DNA from: Ylistrum balloti
Lineage: Eukaryota
Length of the DNA stretch: 64,000 bases
Reading direction: 5' to 3'
NCBI RefSeq assembly: GCF_031769215.1
Contig: NW_026782411.1
Span: 62,001-126,000, forward strand
The first letter of the stretch is position 1; every line of letters begins with the position of its first letter. Made by a program: the position numbers and the translations under genes. Shown here in pieces: positions 27,880 through 41,685 of the stretch. The notes below the pieces were generated by a model. That model searched no databases and was not told the origin of the DNA. It saw nothing but the letters and a program-made list of their open reading frames with translations.

Positions 27880-30001
27880 CTGGTTACACGCGGTTAGGAG
27901 TAATTAGTGATGTTGAAGATTACCTCGCGTTATTGTCCAGTCTTAATAGTCTTTTGTATTGATTAAATACATTATTTTACAGATTTGTTTTGGTAATATT
28001 TGTGTATATTGACATGGTTAAGTCTGTGTTTTGTAGCCCTCCCGTGTATACACTGTATCGGCGTACTTTATGGAGGTGTTTACTTGTGACCGCGACCATG
28101 CCCGTTTTGTTTACCGTTCACCTCTCGTCAGAAGTCACTCTGGGTAATAGGCACTAAATCAATGTTGATGGACACAGAACTGCTTCTGCTTTCACAAATA
28201 CATCGTCTTTCTACTTCTGGAAATGTTTTATTAATCGGACAACCAGTACTGACATCAAACAACGCATTTTGGCATTATCTCGTATCCATCCGCATATTCT
28301 GATGACCAATGGGGTTCTGCTGTTGCATTCTCGGAGTGTCTAAGTACGCACCGCATCGGATATTAATGCGCACAGCTGTTTGAGAACTATTCGATGATGT
28401 CACTACGTGATGTCAGACGGAACTATTTGTGAAAACGTGTTCAGTAGTTATAGGACATACCAAACGTAAACTCATGGCTTACATTACGCAATACTGAGTA
28501 AGCGTCTTCGACGAAAGATTCCTGGGCGTATGTGTATTGTTCCGATGAGACAAAACAAATATTCAATTTCCCTATACACTTATTGTGATAAATATTATTT
28601 CTTCTCTTATTTCCAGGGCCATTCGTTCGTAAGGGGTCTTTTTTGCTGAAACTTCGAATTAAGTTCCCGGGAGTTGGAAACCATGGTAACATTCTTCTAT
28701 TGTACAGCTTGTATTGTGATGCACTGACACCTGATTGGCTGGAAAGTCCAATGTAGTTTAGTTTATCTAACCATTGACCAACATCATCATCTGTAATGAG
28801 TGATCATGTGCTTCTTTGTCGTACTTCGTTCTTGGAAATGAGTTTGTCCTTCGAATTTAATAGATCATTGTTTCTTCCTATGTCATATCTGATCTTTGTC
28901 TGTCCCTTCGTGTTCGATAACATCTGATTGCTATCTGTCTATCCCTTAGTGTTCGGTTTTTAAATACTACGTGTCTGCTGCTGTCTTTCGTCCGTTCCTT
29001 GGTGCTTCTTCGTCGTTATGCCATTGATTCATGTTGCAGTGGGTTTCTGTCTCCTTTGAATTTATGCCATTCAATGGACGGGAACACCTCACATTTCAAT
29101 TCCACAGGTAACACTTACAACAACCAGTCTTCGAAATGCTGGACGATTCCGCATGACCTATTCATTTAGTCCATTCATGTCTGATTAAAGCTCCACTGCT
29201 CGTGTCACCGTGAACTAACTATTTTGAAAATAATAAATAAATGAAGTTCTAACTGGAATCTTACCTCTGATCTGGTTCAGTCTTCTTTGTATAGAAGGCC
29301 TACACTTGGTACCCAAGGCACTAGGTGAGATTCATAAATTTGATAATAACATAATGCACGTCCTTATAGATAACATTCTAATAATAGAAAAATCCGGTCA
29401 GTAATCTTAACACGGGTTCTATACCATTTTTTGGTAATGACATTTATCAAATCATGGTAATTCATCCGCTTGCATTGCAGTCAAATAATGTGTGTTTAAC
29501 AAACATTTCTGGGACCATACTCCTATGCTATTGTCAACATATTTTTTTATCGATTTTAATATTTACTTGATCAGAAGTAGTTGACCATAACCAATAATAA
29601 CACAATTTTGTTTATCATTGGTGGAATCTGTCTTATCAGACCACTATATTGACAACAACTCGTCCGACAGGTTTGGATGTGTTGTGTAAAGTGCAAATAC
29701 AGCTATTGTATGATGAATGAAGGCACATTTCAGCCTCCGTATGTAAACATCTGTTTACTGTTTTCTTTTAAATATAACGGACCAATCATATTCAATATGA
29801 ATCGTGCATAACATAATTGAAAAAATAGACTTTTTAAATTGTAATAAGATAATCTGAATATCATGATAATAAGTTATAACGTCTCACTATCTCAAACATT
29901 CTTACCGACAGGTGCCCGGAGGACATTCCTATAACAACGGCGTAATATCTTTATAATCATTGAATATTTGTACGACAAATCTTGACAATATTTTTAGATA
30001 T

Positions 30002-30204
30002 AATAATGAATTGGTGATGTCACTTCAGTGATTTGTTGATGTCAATATAACGATTGGCGATGTGACTATAATGAATTGGCGTTGTCACTATAATGAATTG
30101 GCGTTGTCACTATAATGAATTGGCGATGTGACTATAATGATTTGGCGATTTGACTATTATGAATTGGCGATGTGACTATAATGAATTGGCGATGTGACTA
30201 TAAT
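30002..30204. repeat. Tandem array, 22-bp unit (GACTATAATGAATTGGCGATGT), ~9 copies
   Basis: TGGCGAT at 30121 and 30143. Confidence 0.9.
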
Positions 30205-33113
30205 TAATTAGCTGGACACATCACTATAATTCCCGAAGTGGAATATCCCATGCTTTCGTGATATCCACTGAACTACATTTGTTGTTGTGTACTCTAAGGT
30301 GTGTGAACCCCAAATTACTGTAACAACTATTAACACTCAGCAGGCTGATTATCTCTGGCCTATAAACTGACTCCTGGTACAGTGAACTAGGAGAGTAGGT
30401 GCTTATTCATTAGATGTATCATCTATTTACCTATCAAAAAAACAAGCGTCGCGTCTAATTTGTGTATTAAGTAGGCAAAATGCAAATATTTTCTTGATGA
30501 AAAATATTAAGAAATTGAAACATAACAGATCAAAGACGCATGCGCCGTTGGTGTCAGTGTAACGCGATGGTAACGATGATAATTTACTTAACGATCAAGT
30601 TTTAGTTGTCAGTAACAACAGGTTTAGAAATGACATGCCTATATAATTACACGATGTGGTGTAATATTCATGACATGACTAGACGACATGTGGCGGTGTA
30701 CTTATAATGGTACTACACATTCCAGCTGGGCTATTATGGGGGCATAAAACACCGAAGGGAGACAACTCTACCACTGTTAACTTTTGAAGATAAACGGGAA
30801 TCTACTGCAATATAGTCCACACCAGAGTAACTGTGTCTGACATTAATTCTAGCAGTGATTAAGACGTAATTGTATCATGTCTGTCTTGAAATGTAAAACA
30901 AAGTGGGTTACTGCGCATGCGTTCTAGACCGAAAGAGTACATGGTAATTTCGTTGTAGAAATATATCAATCCAGTTTTCCATCACAGTCGGAAGGTGATA
31001 CTTGATATTATGATTGTTTTTCATTAAATCGCGCGCGTGCATTTCACTTACACTATTATGGGATGCAAGATTGGTCTGGCAGGCCGCCATCTTTGTAATG
31101 GAAATTCAGCATGCGAAAGTAATGTGTTGCTAATTTCAGAGGAAAAAAACACTTTGATGAATCGGTTACAAAAATTGGATGTAGCCGTTTGTCTTTACCC
31201 GCCTGCACAGTGGATACTCGATGTTAGTCTCACAATACATATTGTATATAGATCATTTGCGAAACCGGAAGTACGTTGATGCTTTAAACATTGTATAACA
31301 TCTGTAGGGGACACGACCTGATCTCGTTTCATTTGGTCTAAATGATGATATAAACATTAATAGTATTTGCTTGGTTAGACTGCATGTGTACTTTACATAT
31401 CTAAATGTTCATCTTGATCGGTGGCCGTTTGGGGCAACCCAGACCTTAGGGAAACCCAGCCGTCCGTGTGGCCGTGGCATATATATATGTATTGATGGAT
31501 GATATGTTGTATTGTATAGCATTCGATTGTGTTGCGAACTTAAGATACCAATATCTAAAGCACAGTTCCTAAATTACCCCTGAAAATGTTATTTTACTTT
31601 TATTTTCTATGGACCACAGCCCGATATTTAATCACTGCACTTGATGAATCTTTAAGATACAAAAAACAAATTCACAGTCATACGAAACTGATATCACAGT
31701 GATTCCTACCGGAAGTAATGCCGGTTTATATGCATGATTTAACTGAAAATGACGGTGTTTTTTCTAGCGGTGAAACGAGCTTTTATGCTGACTGAGTGTT
31801 CACTTAGTTCCCCAAACATTGTTCAAAGCAATGGCACGTAACGTTTAATTCTGTTCCAAACGAAGAAGAGTTTTAAAATTTCAAAGTCCTGTGTAGTGTT
31901 GAGTCGTTAATCTACATGTGTTTATCAAAGTGAACATTTTGGTAAGAAACTTTATCATAAACTATGTATTATAGAAGTTTATATATTTCCAATATGGTAG
32001 ACGTGTTGAATTTACCAGTTATAGCGATCAGTGGACTTTCTCTCACTGCCGGTTTTTGATATTGTTTATTTTTATTGAATAAACTGAAGATAAACAGTGA
32101 AATAGATCTTCGTAATATAAGTATCGCATGAATTGCTTTGTATGTTGTGTCATTTGATTGGTCAGCATGGTCCCTTTCTCTCTTCTATTTCATACTTAAA
32201 TATTCACTATTTTAGATGGTAAAAGAACGAGTACATGCAAACGTTCCGGAAACTCTATAGAAAACTTATATCATAGAGATTTCTCTCTAGCCAACTCCGA
32301 CGCCATTTCTATAAATATAAACACGATTGTATCAAAAACAGTTTGAGTTAACAACAAGAAGTAAACAAGTTTGTTATAATGTTTTATTTCATCAGTCGGC
32401 ACCGAGGTCGTTTGTCTCAATTAACAATGTCTAGGGTGAAATCGTATGTCTTTGAAGTCGGCATTCCTATAGATCAAGAAAACGTTTTGGTTAATTGATG
32501 TTACGCCGGACTTTTTAAATCGTCTGATTACCTCAAGGATAATTCTGTATATATTCGATGTGGATTCCAAACTGTCCATAATAAAACCAGAAGGGACTAT
32601 CAAATTATGCGAAGCAATATTAATGAGTTTCTTGTCAGATTCTTGCCCAGAATAATCACTTATAAAACCTGTAAGTGACTCTAGTCACGCTCACGTTTTA
32701 ACAGGACCTGCATTTTGAACCCGAATTCGTATCAAGTGAACACAGGTGTCAATTTACATGATCATATACGGTCGCTTGCTCTGTTTTATATAAACATACA
32801 TCAGCTTTTGAGCAATTGAAAACAATCTACAGAAACAGTAAATTTAGCACAGTCGTAGTTCGCTGCAAGCACTTGAATACACACAAATGTACAAATTCAG
32901 TAAGCGAATGATTTAAGTTCCGTGGTACTCAATATCTATTTTGAAAGGTAATACCATCTTAATCGTTCGTTAGCAACCTGGTCATCCATCCTGTCCTTGA
33001 CTCCTCTCATGCCCGCAGTCAACATATGTCATATAGGTATTCATTGTCACGGACAACAATGACCAACGGTCAACCGCACAGATGTGTGCACGAAGGAGAC
33101 AAAGCTATTTTCT

Positions 33114-33874
33114 AATTCACGGATCAAGTCAGTATTGTCTCATGGTTACCCCCTAAAGAACATTCTACAGATCATTTACGGATCAAGTTATTATTGTCTC
33201 ATGTTTACCCCCGAAAGAACATTTCCAGATCATTTACAGATGGAGTCAGTATCGTCTCATGTTTACCCCTATAAAACATTCTACAGATCATTTACGGACC
33301 AAGTCAGTATCGTCTCATGTTTACCTCAAGCCAGTACTGTCTCATGTTTACCCCAAGTCATGTTTACCTCCTATAGAACATTCTACAGATCATTTCTCAT
33401 GTTTACCCCAATTGTCATGTATTGTCTCATGTTATAGAATATTCTACAGATCATTCACAGATCAAGTCAGTATTGTCTCATGTTTACCTCCTATAGAACA
33501 TTCTACAGATCATTTACGGATCAAGTCAGTATTGTCTCATGTTAAACTCCTATAGAATATTCTACAGATCATTCACAGATCAAGTCAGTATTGTCTCATA
33601 TTTACCTCCTATAGAACATTCTACAGATCATTTACGGATCAAGTCAGTATTGTCTCATGTTTACCTCCTATAGAATATTCTACAGATCATTTACGGATCA
33701 AGTCAGTATTGTCTCATGTTTACCTCCTACAGAACATTCTACAGATCATTTACGGATCAAGTCAGTATTGTCTCATGTTTACCTCCTACAGAACATTCTA
33801 CAGATCATTTACGGATCGAGTCAGTATTGTCTCATGTTTACCTCATACAGAACATTCTACAGATCATTTACGAA
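33114..33874. repeat. Tandem array, 59-bp unit (TATTGTCTCATGTTTACCTCCTATAGAACATTCTACAGATCATTTACGGATCAAGTCAG), ~13 copies, left part partly deleted
   Basis: Period 33661/33720. Confidence 0.96.
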
Positions 33875-34586
33875 TAAAGGCCCAGTTAACTTCTAGACGC
33901 TTGTTAGCTTGTTTCAGTACATTGCTTACGAAATGAAGCCATGCACGTCACGGAGCATACATTGATAAAGACATGAGTGATTTTCCCTCGAAAACTTGGC
34001 AATATTTCAAATATGTCCATTTTCTATAAATCTACCATCAATTTTATCCAATAATTGGCCGGAAGTGACCAAACTGACAAAAGGTTACTACCGAACAACC
34101 AAAGGTCATTCTACCTACAGTTGTAGAAGTAGATGCCGACAGATAGGGCCTAACCACATGTTCAAACCCCGTCAGTATCAAGGAAGATTGATGGATTGAT
34201 ACAAGCAAACCCCTCCAACCCATCTCTTTTTCTCCCTCCATCTCAGAGTGAGAGAAAGTGACGAGAGAGGGAGTTGATCACATCAGTGTCGGTGCCAAAC
34301 ATCAGCACACCTTTCTACCTATACATCTAGGTCACGTGATCAATTAGAACCCCTGCCAGCTTTCTCTCTGAATGTTCTTGGTCTGACTAACGCTTGTCGG
34401 CTATGTGTAGGTACGTGGGTACATGTATATTGTCTTATTTAATTAATTACAGAGGAACGTCAGTTTTCTTTCCAGTGTCCTGCCAGAGTTTGCAGTAGTT
34501 TGTATTTATTCGTGAGAGGAGAGAGCCGAGGACGACTATCTGTGTGTTATAACCGTGATTATACCGTTCTAACCTTGATTTTTCAG

Positions 34587-34643
34587 CCGTCATCATACGA
34601 TCGAGGGTACGGTAGCATCTCCAGCAGCCGCAGTCATGGCTCG
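34587..34643 (+). CDS. 57-nt coding exon PSSYDRGYGSISSSRSHGS; putative part of the long FHOD isoform
   Basis: Acceptor CCTTGATTTTTCAG|C and donor TCG|GTAAGT. Phase 0-0, open frame. Same S/G/Y/R composition as the neighbouring predicted exons. Confidence 0.72.
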
Positions 34644-34929
34644 GTAAGTACACCATTTACCTGTTTTTACATAGAACCAGCTGGGTCCTATATCTATCAA
34701 ATGACCCTGGGGTAAGCTGCAATACGACCCCAGGGATCAGACAGAACCCGTCTCTCTAACACGACCGTTACGTCAACACTGGTATAAATTACACTGCATG
34801 TTTTACGTTAGCAATATATAACCCAAGTCTATCGATATCATACGTACTGGAACAAAATATTAGACACCAGCAAAATGTGTCATGCTACGGTGTTATAGAT
34901 GTGTAATATAAAGTTATAGAGAGGTAATG

Positions 34930-35280
34930 TTATTGTATGGATGTATCATGTGGACGTGTTGAAATGTCACGTGACTGTATGGATGTGTTATGTAAGTGTG
35001 GATGTGTCATATGATGTGTGGATGTGTTATGTGAGTGTGGGGATGTGTCAAGTGAGTATATGGCTGTATTATGTTAGCGTATGGGTATGTCATGTGAGTG
35101 TGCATATGCCATGTGATTGTGGATGTGTCATGTGATTGTGTGAATGTGTCACGTGAGTATATAGATATGTCATGTGAGTGTATGGATGCGTCATGTTTGT
35201 ATATTGATGTGTGATATAAGTATATGGATGTGAAATGTTCGTGTATATATGTGTTTTTTGTGAATGTGTAGAGTGCAAAT
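34930..35280. repeat. Degenerate GT-rich array (~19-20-bp unit GTGTGGATGTGTCATGTGA)
   Basis: Visible imperfect periodicity. Confidence 0.8.
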
Positions 35281-35423
35281 GTAGTAATTTAACGGGAGAT
35301 TAATAATTTGAGTGTAAAGATTGATATTGTGAGACAAAAGATAAATTAAGTTTTTGCTAATTTATGTACAAAATGTATATAAAGTTGTAAGCGTACAAAT
35401 GTGTCCAACAATGGAATTTGTAC

Positions 35424-35722
35424 ATATCACTTCCCCTTCCAAACGGACAGTGTAGGACAGACATTGTCGATAGATATCGCTTCCCCTTCCAAACGGACAG
35501 TGTAGGACAGACATTGTCGATAGATATCGCTTCCCCTTCCAAACGGACAGTGTAGGACAGACATTGTCGATAGATATCGCTTCCCCTTCCAAACGGACAG
35601 TGAAGGACAGACATTGTCGATAGATATCGCTTCCCCTTCCAAACGGACAGTGTAGGACAGACATTGTCGATAGATATCGCTTCCCCTTCCGAACGGACAG
35701 TGTAGGACAGACTTTGTAGATA
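35424..35722. repeat. Tandem array, 50-bp unit (ATCGCTTCCCCTTCCAAACGGACAGTGTAGGACAGACATTGTCGATAGAT), ~6 copies
   Basis: ACATTGTCGA at 35461 and 35511. Confidence 0.96.
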
Positions 35723-38369
35723 AAGGTTTCCAGTCAACTGTCAGTGTAATGATTTGTCTTTGTAATTTGTACTGTGAATATGTCTCGATACACCATGTAC
35801 ACCCCCGAACTTAACAGAAAGTTTATATAACTGGTTGAGTAATCGTTGGAATCGCATCAGAAAAAAAATTGTTACAGAGAATTAGATATACATTAAAACA
35901 ATAACTAAGGAGAAAAAAGTATTCCCGAATTTTCTTCTTCGAGGCAAGGCTTGATACTCTGACTATAAACAACAGGTCCCGGTATATTCCGACATTTGAG
36001 TAGTCGTATCAGCGCCATGCCATGGCGATACCGTGTTAATCTCTAAACACGAACCACATTCTCAGATATGCTTAAAACGCAAATAGAATTCACTGAAACT
36101 CACCAAGATAAACAAGTTAAGACGTCAGGGCTTTCAAAATAAACAAATAAAAAGTACCTGACCGATGAAAAAGGTAGCGGGAATTACATGGCATCCTGAA
36201 CCGCAAGAGCCATTAAAAAGTCTGATTGAAACTGATAACGTGGTGAGCAGACGACAAGTCCGGTGGCTGTTTCATCGTATTTGTTAATATCATGTGGTCG
36301 TCACGTGATATCAGCTGTTCGTTTCTTGTCACCGGATCAGGAAGTTAACGAAAAAATACTGTGACTTGTATTTGGTACTATACTTTCTTTTATGACAAGA
36401 TTCGCCCGAATATATATTACTTAGAATATAGTCACATGCTGAAATCGTGCATGTTCATTTAGGGAAACCATTACAGCCATTGTTGGGAGTAAAATTATGG
36501 CCTGTAAGAAGGACAAGGGCACCCGTGTGTTTTAGGGTTTCCGGGTTCTACACATGTATCATATATGGTCTTACTGAATCGTGTTTAAAAAGAATTAAAT
36601 GTTATAAAAGGGCTATTAAGTCTCTGACCATCGGTCGTATTTTGACCATATCTGCGATACGTTTGTAAGTTACCCGATGTACATCTTATAAATACACCGG
36701 AAGACATATTTGCAAAGTTTGCTAAAATACAAGCGTAGAGCCTTGACAATGATTGTATTTTAAACTAGAACTTACCGTGTTTTAGTTTGTTAACATTACA
36801 GACTTGTGTAAACATGGTGGAAGTCGGTGTATTACCTCCTGGATATTCACTCTCTACCTTCTGTTTCTATCGCAACAGGAACTCTCACACCGCACGTGTT
36901 AAAGTAATCAAACACACGCGCATTTCGTCAACAACAAAGCCTTTCTCTATCTATACGTATAGGATGCGTCATTAAGAAATGTTTTATGTGTTAAATACTA
37001 AATGAGCTAGAGATCACACACGCTTTATGTAGGTATATTCTCGGGAAATGACAATTTTGATAACCTTTAAGAATGTAATACATTTGTTTTTTTTTAAGTT
37101 CATTAGATCGTTGTTTGCAGGCTTAAAAGTTGTTACTACGGTCACGAATGTGTTGTATAATAATTTGTTTTTGTTTACGTTTCCATCGAAATAGCTATGG
37201 CTAGGAAGTTTGGGGCTTTCGAAATCAGTGCTTCTCTGTACGTGTTCATGTTTATTAGTTAGTAAAGTCGGTGTTCATAAAACTTGATAATTAATAAATA
37301 TATAGTTTGTAAAATGTTTTTGTCAGAAGAAGGTTAGGGAGGTCTCTCAGCTTGTGAAATATTTTTTTATTCAGTAATTTTAATTCTGGAGCCACACTTT
37401 GAGTCTGGGAAAATGATTGATACCATACGATGTGAGGACGGTTAACGTATAACGTATGGAATCAAATTGATTCAGTATGGTGTTCAACATCAGGATTCGA
37501 ACTTGGTAGAAAGTTAAACAGAGTCAATGATAGCGAGATGTACCGGTGATATGTCGGCAAATGTTTCCCACATGTCTTATTAGTGGCTTTGTGCCTTTTC
37601 ATATTTTTCGGTTAAAAACAAAACCTATAGATGATGGGGCACAGGTCCAAGCCCAGACAACCAGGACACCATGCTTCGTTTAATGTTCCGCCTGACTATA
37701 CTTCAGAGCCAACGAGGCAAGCTCATGTGTTCCCCCCTCCCCCCGAGTAATAATATTTTCATGTATCTGTGTTTTTGGGTTCTGTCCATCGTTAATATGT
37801 GTTACGGTAATTAGTGTTAACTGTGTCTTTGGACGGTTTCATTTTCAAGGTATGAAGATTTTTTTTTCTGAAGATAATTTTAACCAGTTCATATATATTT
37901 CAATATTTTGGAGTCGTTCGTGCTTGTAACCTCACGTATACCGGTGTTATACAAAAAGAGTTCATTTAAAATCAGTAAGCTGGTAAAGGGAGCGCGACAT
38001 TGCCAGTGCACATTCCTACACGCGTGTGAACACCTACGATCCCGTGGAAAACTGATCGTTTGCACGTACGTTGAAACTTAAAACGGAATTTTGATCAGTT
38101 TAAGTTCACGAAGTACGTCTGTCTGACTGGTGACATTTGACTAGCTTTTACACGCCATTTTATTCTATAGGTTCATCTTTCCACAGATGAAGCATACATA
38201 CATATATGTAACGAAAATAAGTCATTTTAAGGTCAAGGTCACTGTTTGACTAAAACATCTGTTCGTCTCGGTATACATAGATTAGTTTGTGTTAAGTTCG
38301 TTTGATAAAAGATACTGATTCTATAGTATGTTTTGTTATTTCTTTATACATCATTGGAAAAATATTTTT

Positions 38370-39200
38370 AAACAAGAGGTTCAATTGTTTTAACGGTCAC
38401 CTGAGTCAAAATGTTTCTTGCAACATGTCATAAAAACGATTTTCTTCAAAAAAGTAATATAACTTTAACTATATTGTACATATAATGCAAATGTAATTTG
38501 TGTATACATATACTGTTGTCTCATGCTAAGGCTTCTAACCAAGTTCGAATTAAAAGAAATTACACTCAAGATTTGAATTTTCCTATATAAATCTTCCGTC
38601 CAGGAACAGTAGAACATTTTTTGAAATTTCAGTCAATTTGACCCATTTTTGGCCCCACTAATCAGCCCCGGGGGTCAGTCAAGGCCAACATATGAATCTC
38701 ATCAAACTGTCAGCTTATACTATACTAACAAAAAATGTAACCAAGTTTGAACTTTTTTAAAAAGAAAATAAACAAATTATGCTTAAAAAACGTAATTTTC
38801 CTCTATGAAATATAGTAAAGTTTACTCCTCCACAAGGGGAAATGTCAAACCCTGGGGCCATGAAATTTACAATTTCTATATAGCTCCGTAAGACACTCCC
38901 ATCCATGAGAAGTATTCGGTTCTATCATGCCTGGGATTTTAGAAGATTTTTGAAATTTCAGTCTATCTGACTATTTTTGGCCCCGCCCAACAGCCACAAG
39001 GGGTCAGCCGAGGTCAAAATGTGAACCTCGTAAAACTGTCATCTTAAACTAATGATTCTAACCAGGTGTGAACTATTTCCAATTGACAAAAAACAAATAA
39101 TTTCTAAAAATATGATTTTTCTATACTATAGTACTATAGTAAAATTTACCCCCTCCCGTGGAGAAAACATGATTCTCTGGCTAATGATGACGGATCCCAT
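38370..39200 (-). mobile_element. Degraded non-autonomous Helentron/HINE-like element with an internal ~330-bp duplicated unit
   Basis: AACAAGAGG...TAACGGTCACCTGAGT (38371-38406) resembles, from memory, the reverse complement of a bivalve HINE-type 3' end. Two diverged copies of GAAATTTCAGTC...TTTTGGCCCC...GGGGTCAG...AAACTGTCA...TATAGTAAA at ~38620 and ~38950 are seen directly. Confidence 0.4.
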
Positions 39201-41685
39201 AAAATCAGTTCCTTTGAAACTTTTAAACTTTACAACTTGGTATTTTAACGGGTTTAATCGCTATAAGCAAGACTGGTTAGATGTACAGTAGTATGAATAT
39301 CCAGTGTCAAAATTCAGAACCATATTTTGCATCTTGTTTTCTTCAACTCTTTGATATCATATAGACTAAAGAACGATTCCACACTGGAAATGGCTGAGTT
39401 TGTCTGAGAGTTTCATGTCAGTCTTAGTAACACATGTAGACTGGTATCATCCAATCCAAAAGTCATGTTCTTGGGCATTAAGTTATTCCTTTCTTTGTAA
39501 ACTAACATTTTTCAGTTAATCAAACGTATATGTTGATTTGTGTTGATGGCTGGTGTAAAACAGGCGTCATTGTTCGGGAGATTGCTTTTGATTGCTTGGT
39601 TGAGCAGCGTAATAAATTCTGAACGAATAATGTGTTACAAATCGAAAAATGTCGAATAAATTATTGGTTAACTTAGGTATTTATCTTGGAATATTTGTAC
39701 ATCCCCACCCCCCACCCCCCCTTAAAAACCGGAAGGTACTATCTTCGCAGTTTATTCAGTTTATACATGTCCAACCCCACATTCACACGAACACCCAATT
39801 AGTGCTAAAATACCAGTGGTTTTATATATATATCAATCAGGAGTTCCTAATCCCTCACATATTAAAATGGGTATATCTTACTATGTATAGGATCATTACA
39901 GACACGTGGGCTACAGGTAGGATGAGATCGTTTTGATTACTACAAGGAGAACAAGCACGTGCCTACAAATATAATGCTTGACTTGGAATAATATCAATGT
40001 TTGTTAATTATTTTTGTGTTGTTTTCGGTAAAAGAGCGACGACTGATGTCTGTTTAGCCTTCTTCTCCAACTACCGAAACATACTTTACTAGACTGTTAC
40101 CAAGGTAACCAGCTGGAAATATAATCGTCATTTTTCTCTCCCGTATACTTGTACCTATGATAATTGCACGTGTGTCATCATATATATCACCCCTCCGTCT
40201 ACTTCTCTCTCTGTTCATGTCTTTGATATTATGAACTTTCCGTTTTATGACCTTTTGACCTTTCGTTACAATGCCAGCGTCAATAACTTCCATGCCGTTT
40301 TGTCATTGAATGCGTGCTTAGTTGGAACATGTAAATCGACGAAACAGAGAGTTGATGAATACTTACTTACTTAACTTTTTGCAACCTGTCGCACTGTCTT
40401 TAAAACGTCTATTTTTCCTGCTAAATGGAAAATATATTTTCAAATCACGCTAAATTTTAAACAAACGTTTGACACTGTGACATGAAAACATCTTACACGT
40501 AACGATGTTCGGACTGTATGTTTCAGAAAATCTAAGTTACGCCTTAATACATATTTCTGTTCTTATTGTTATATTTTTTTATTCTGTCTACATCACTCGT
40601 ACACATCGCCAACAAAACGGCTGTCACATGCGACGTATATCCGACTCCTCATACACGTACATTCCGTGATGGCTTTAGTGTACATGAAATGGAGGCACGT
40701 GGGTGTATAGAACACGTCAGAAAGGTACATTTTTGGTTTAGAGAGTAAAACATGAGCTTGGTTAAAAGTTATTTCTGTACAAAGTAGTTATTTATTGCAA
40801 ATTCTGCAAAGGTAATATGACATGTAAAATGATAAATACGTCACCTCGTAGGTTTTGTCGCTGTTGTAATGACGTTATGTACAGCAATTACTTCACAGAT
40901 GTCATAGTTGCAAAACGTTTATTATTGATTTACCCGGAAATGTCGCCCACAAAATCCCGTTCTCTTGGGTTGTTAATAAAGCTACATAAAACATGGCTAC
41001 AGAGTTGTCTCCCCTGAACATGTTTCTCTCGGTTGTTCGTTTACAAAGAATACATGACAGTGGAGCAAGGCTACAAGACTACCTACTGTCAACACTGATA
41101 GTAACAAATAAGATTGTTATAGTGATACAGTTTCGCGACTCATGGAAAAACTCACTTACATTAAGCCGAAGTCTTGTGTGTCGCTCCCACTTTGATGATG
41201 CCCATCATTATCTCGTTACATACTAAATGCTTCTTATGCAAGGTCAGTCTAAACGACCTTGTCGGCGCGTGCAGTGCTGTGTACGGACGATTGTTAGAGG
41301 AATGTCCAGACTTGTGCGAAGTTTCTTGTTTGGAATACAAGTATTTTTAGCAAGATGGATTCGATCGGTAAGCAACAGTGTGTGGGGACTTCCCTCTTAT
41401 TGTCACAGTGGGGCTGATGTTTAAGATTGCTTTAAATTAGGGATAAAAAGGCTAACCATCGTACTGGAGCTGTGTTAGGAAATATAGTTGTAACAATAAT
41501 GTCGTCATGGCACCTAGCCAAAGCCTTTCAATCTGTGTGTTCATTCTATTAAATTGTAGAGGAAAAATCCAGTGAATGCTCACCTGGAGGTCTAAATGAA
41601 AACAAATAAACCTAACAAAGAAGACTATGAATATTTGATAATGTAACGCGTATTACAATTATAAATCAATTTGAATTCTAGATGA

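Noticed and set aside
32421-32640. Minus-strand fragment GQFGIHIEYIQNYP...RFLDL faintly like Penelope-type RT
   Set aside because: Multiple stops and only a few matching residues; needs a tBLASTx or HMM search to be meaningful.
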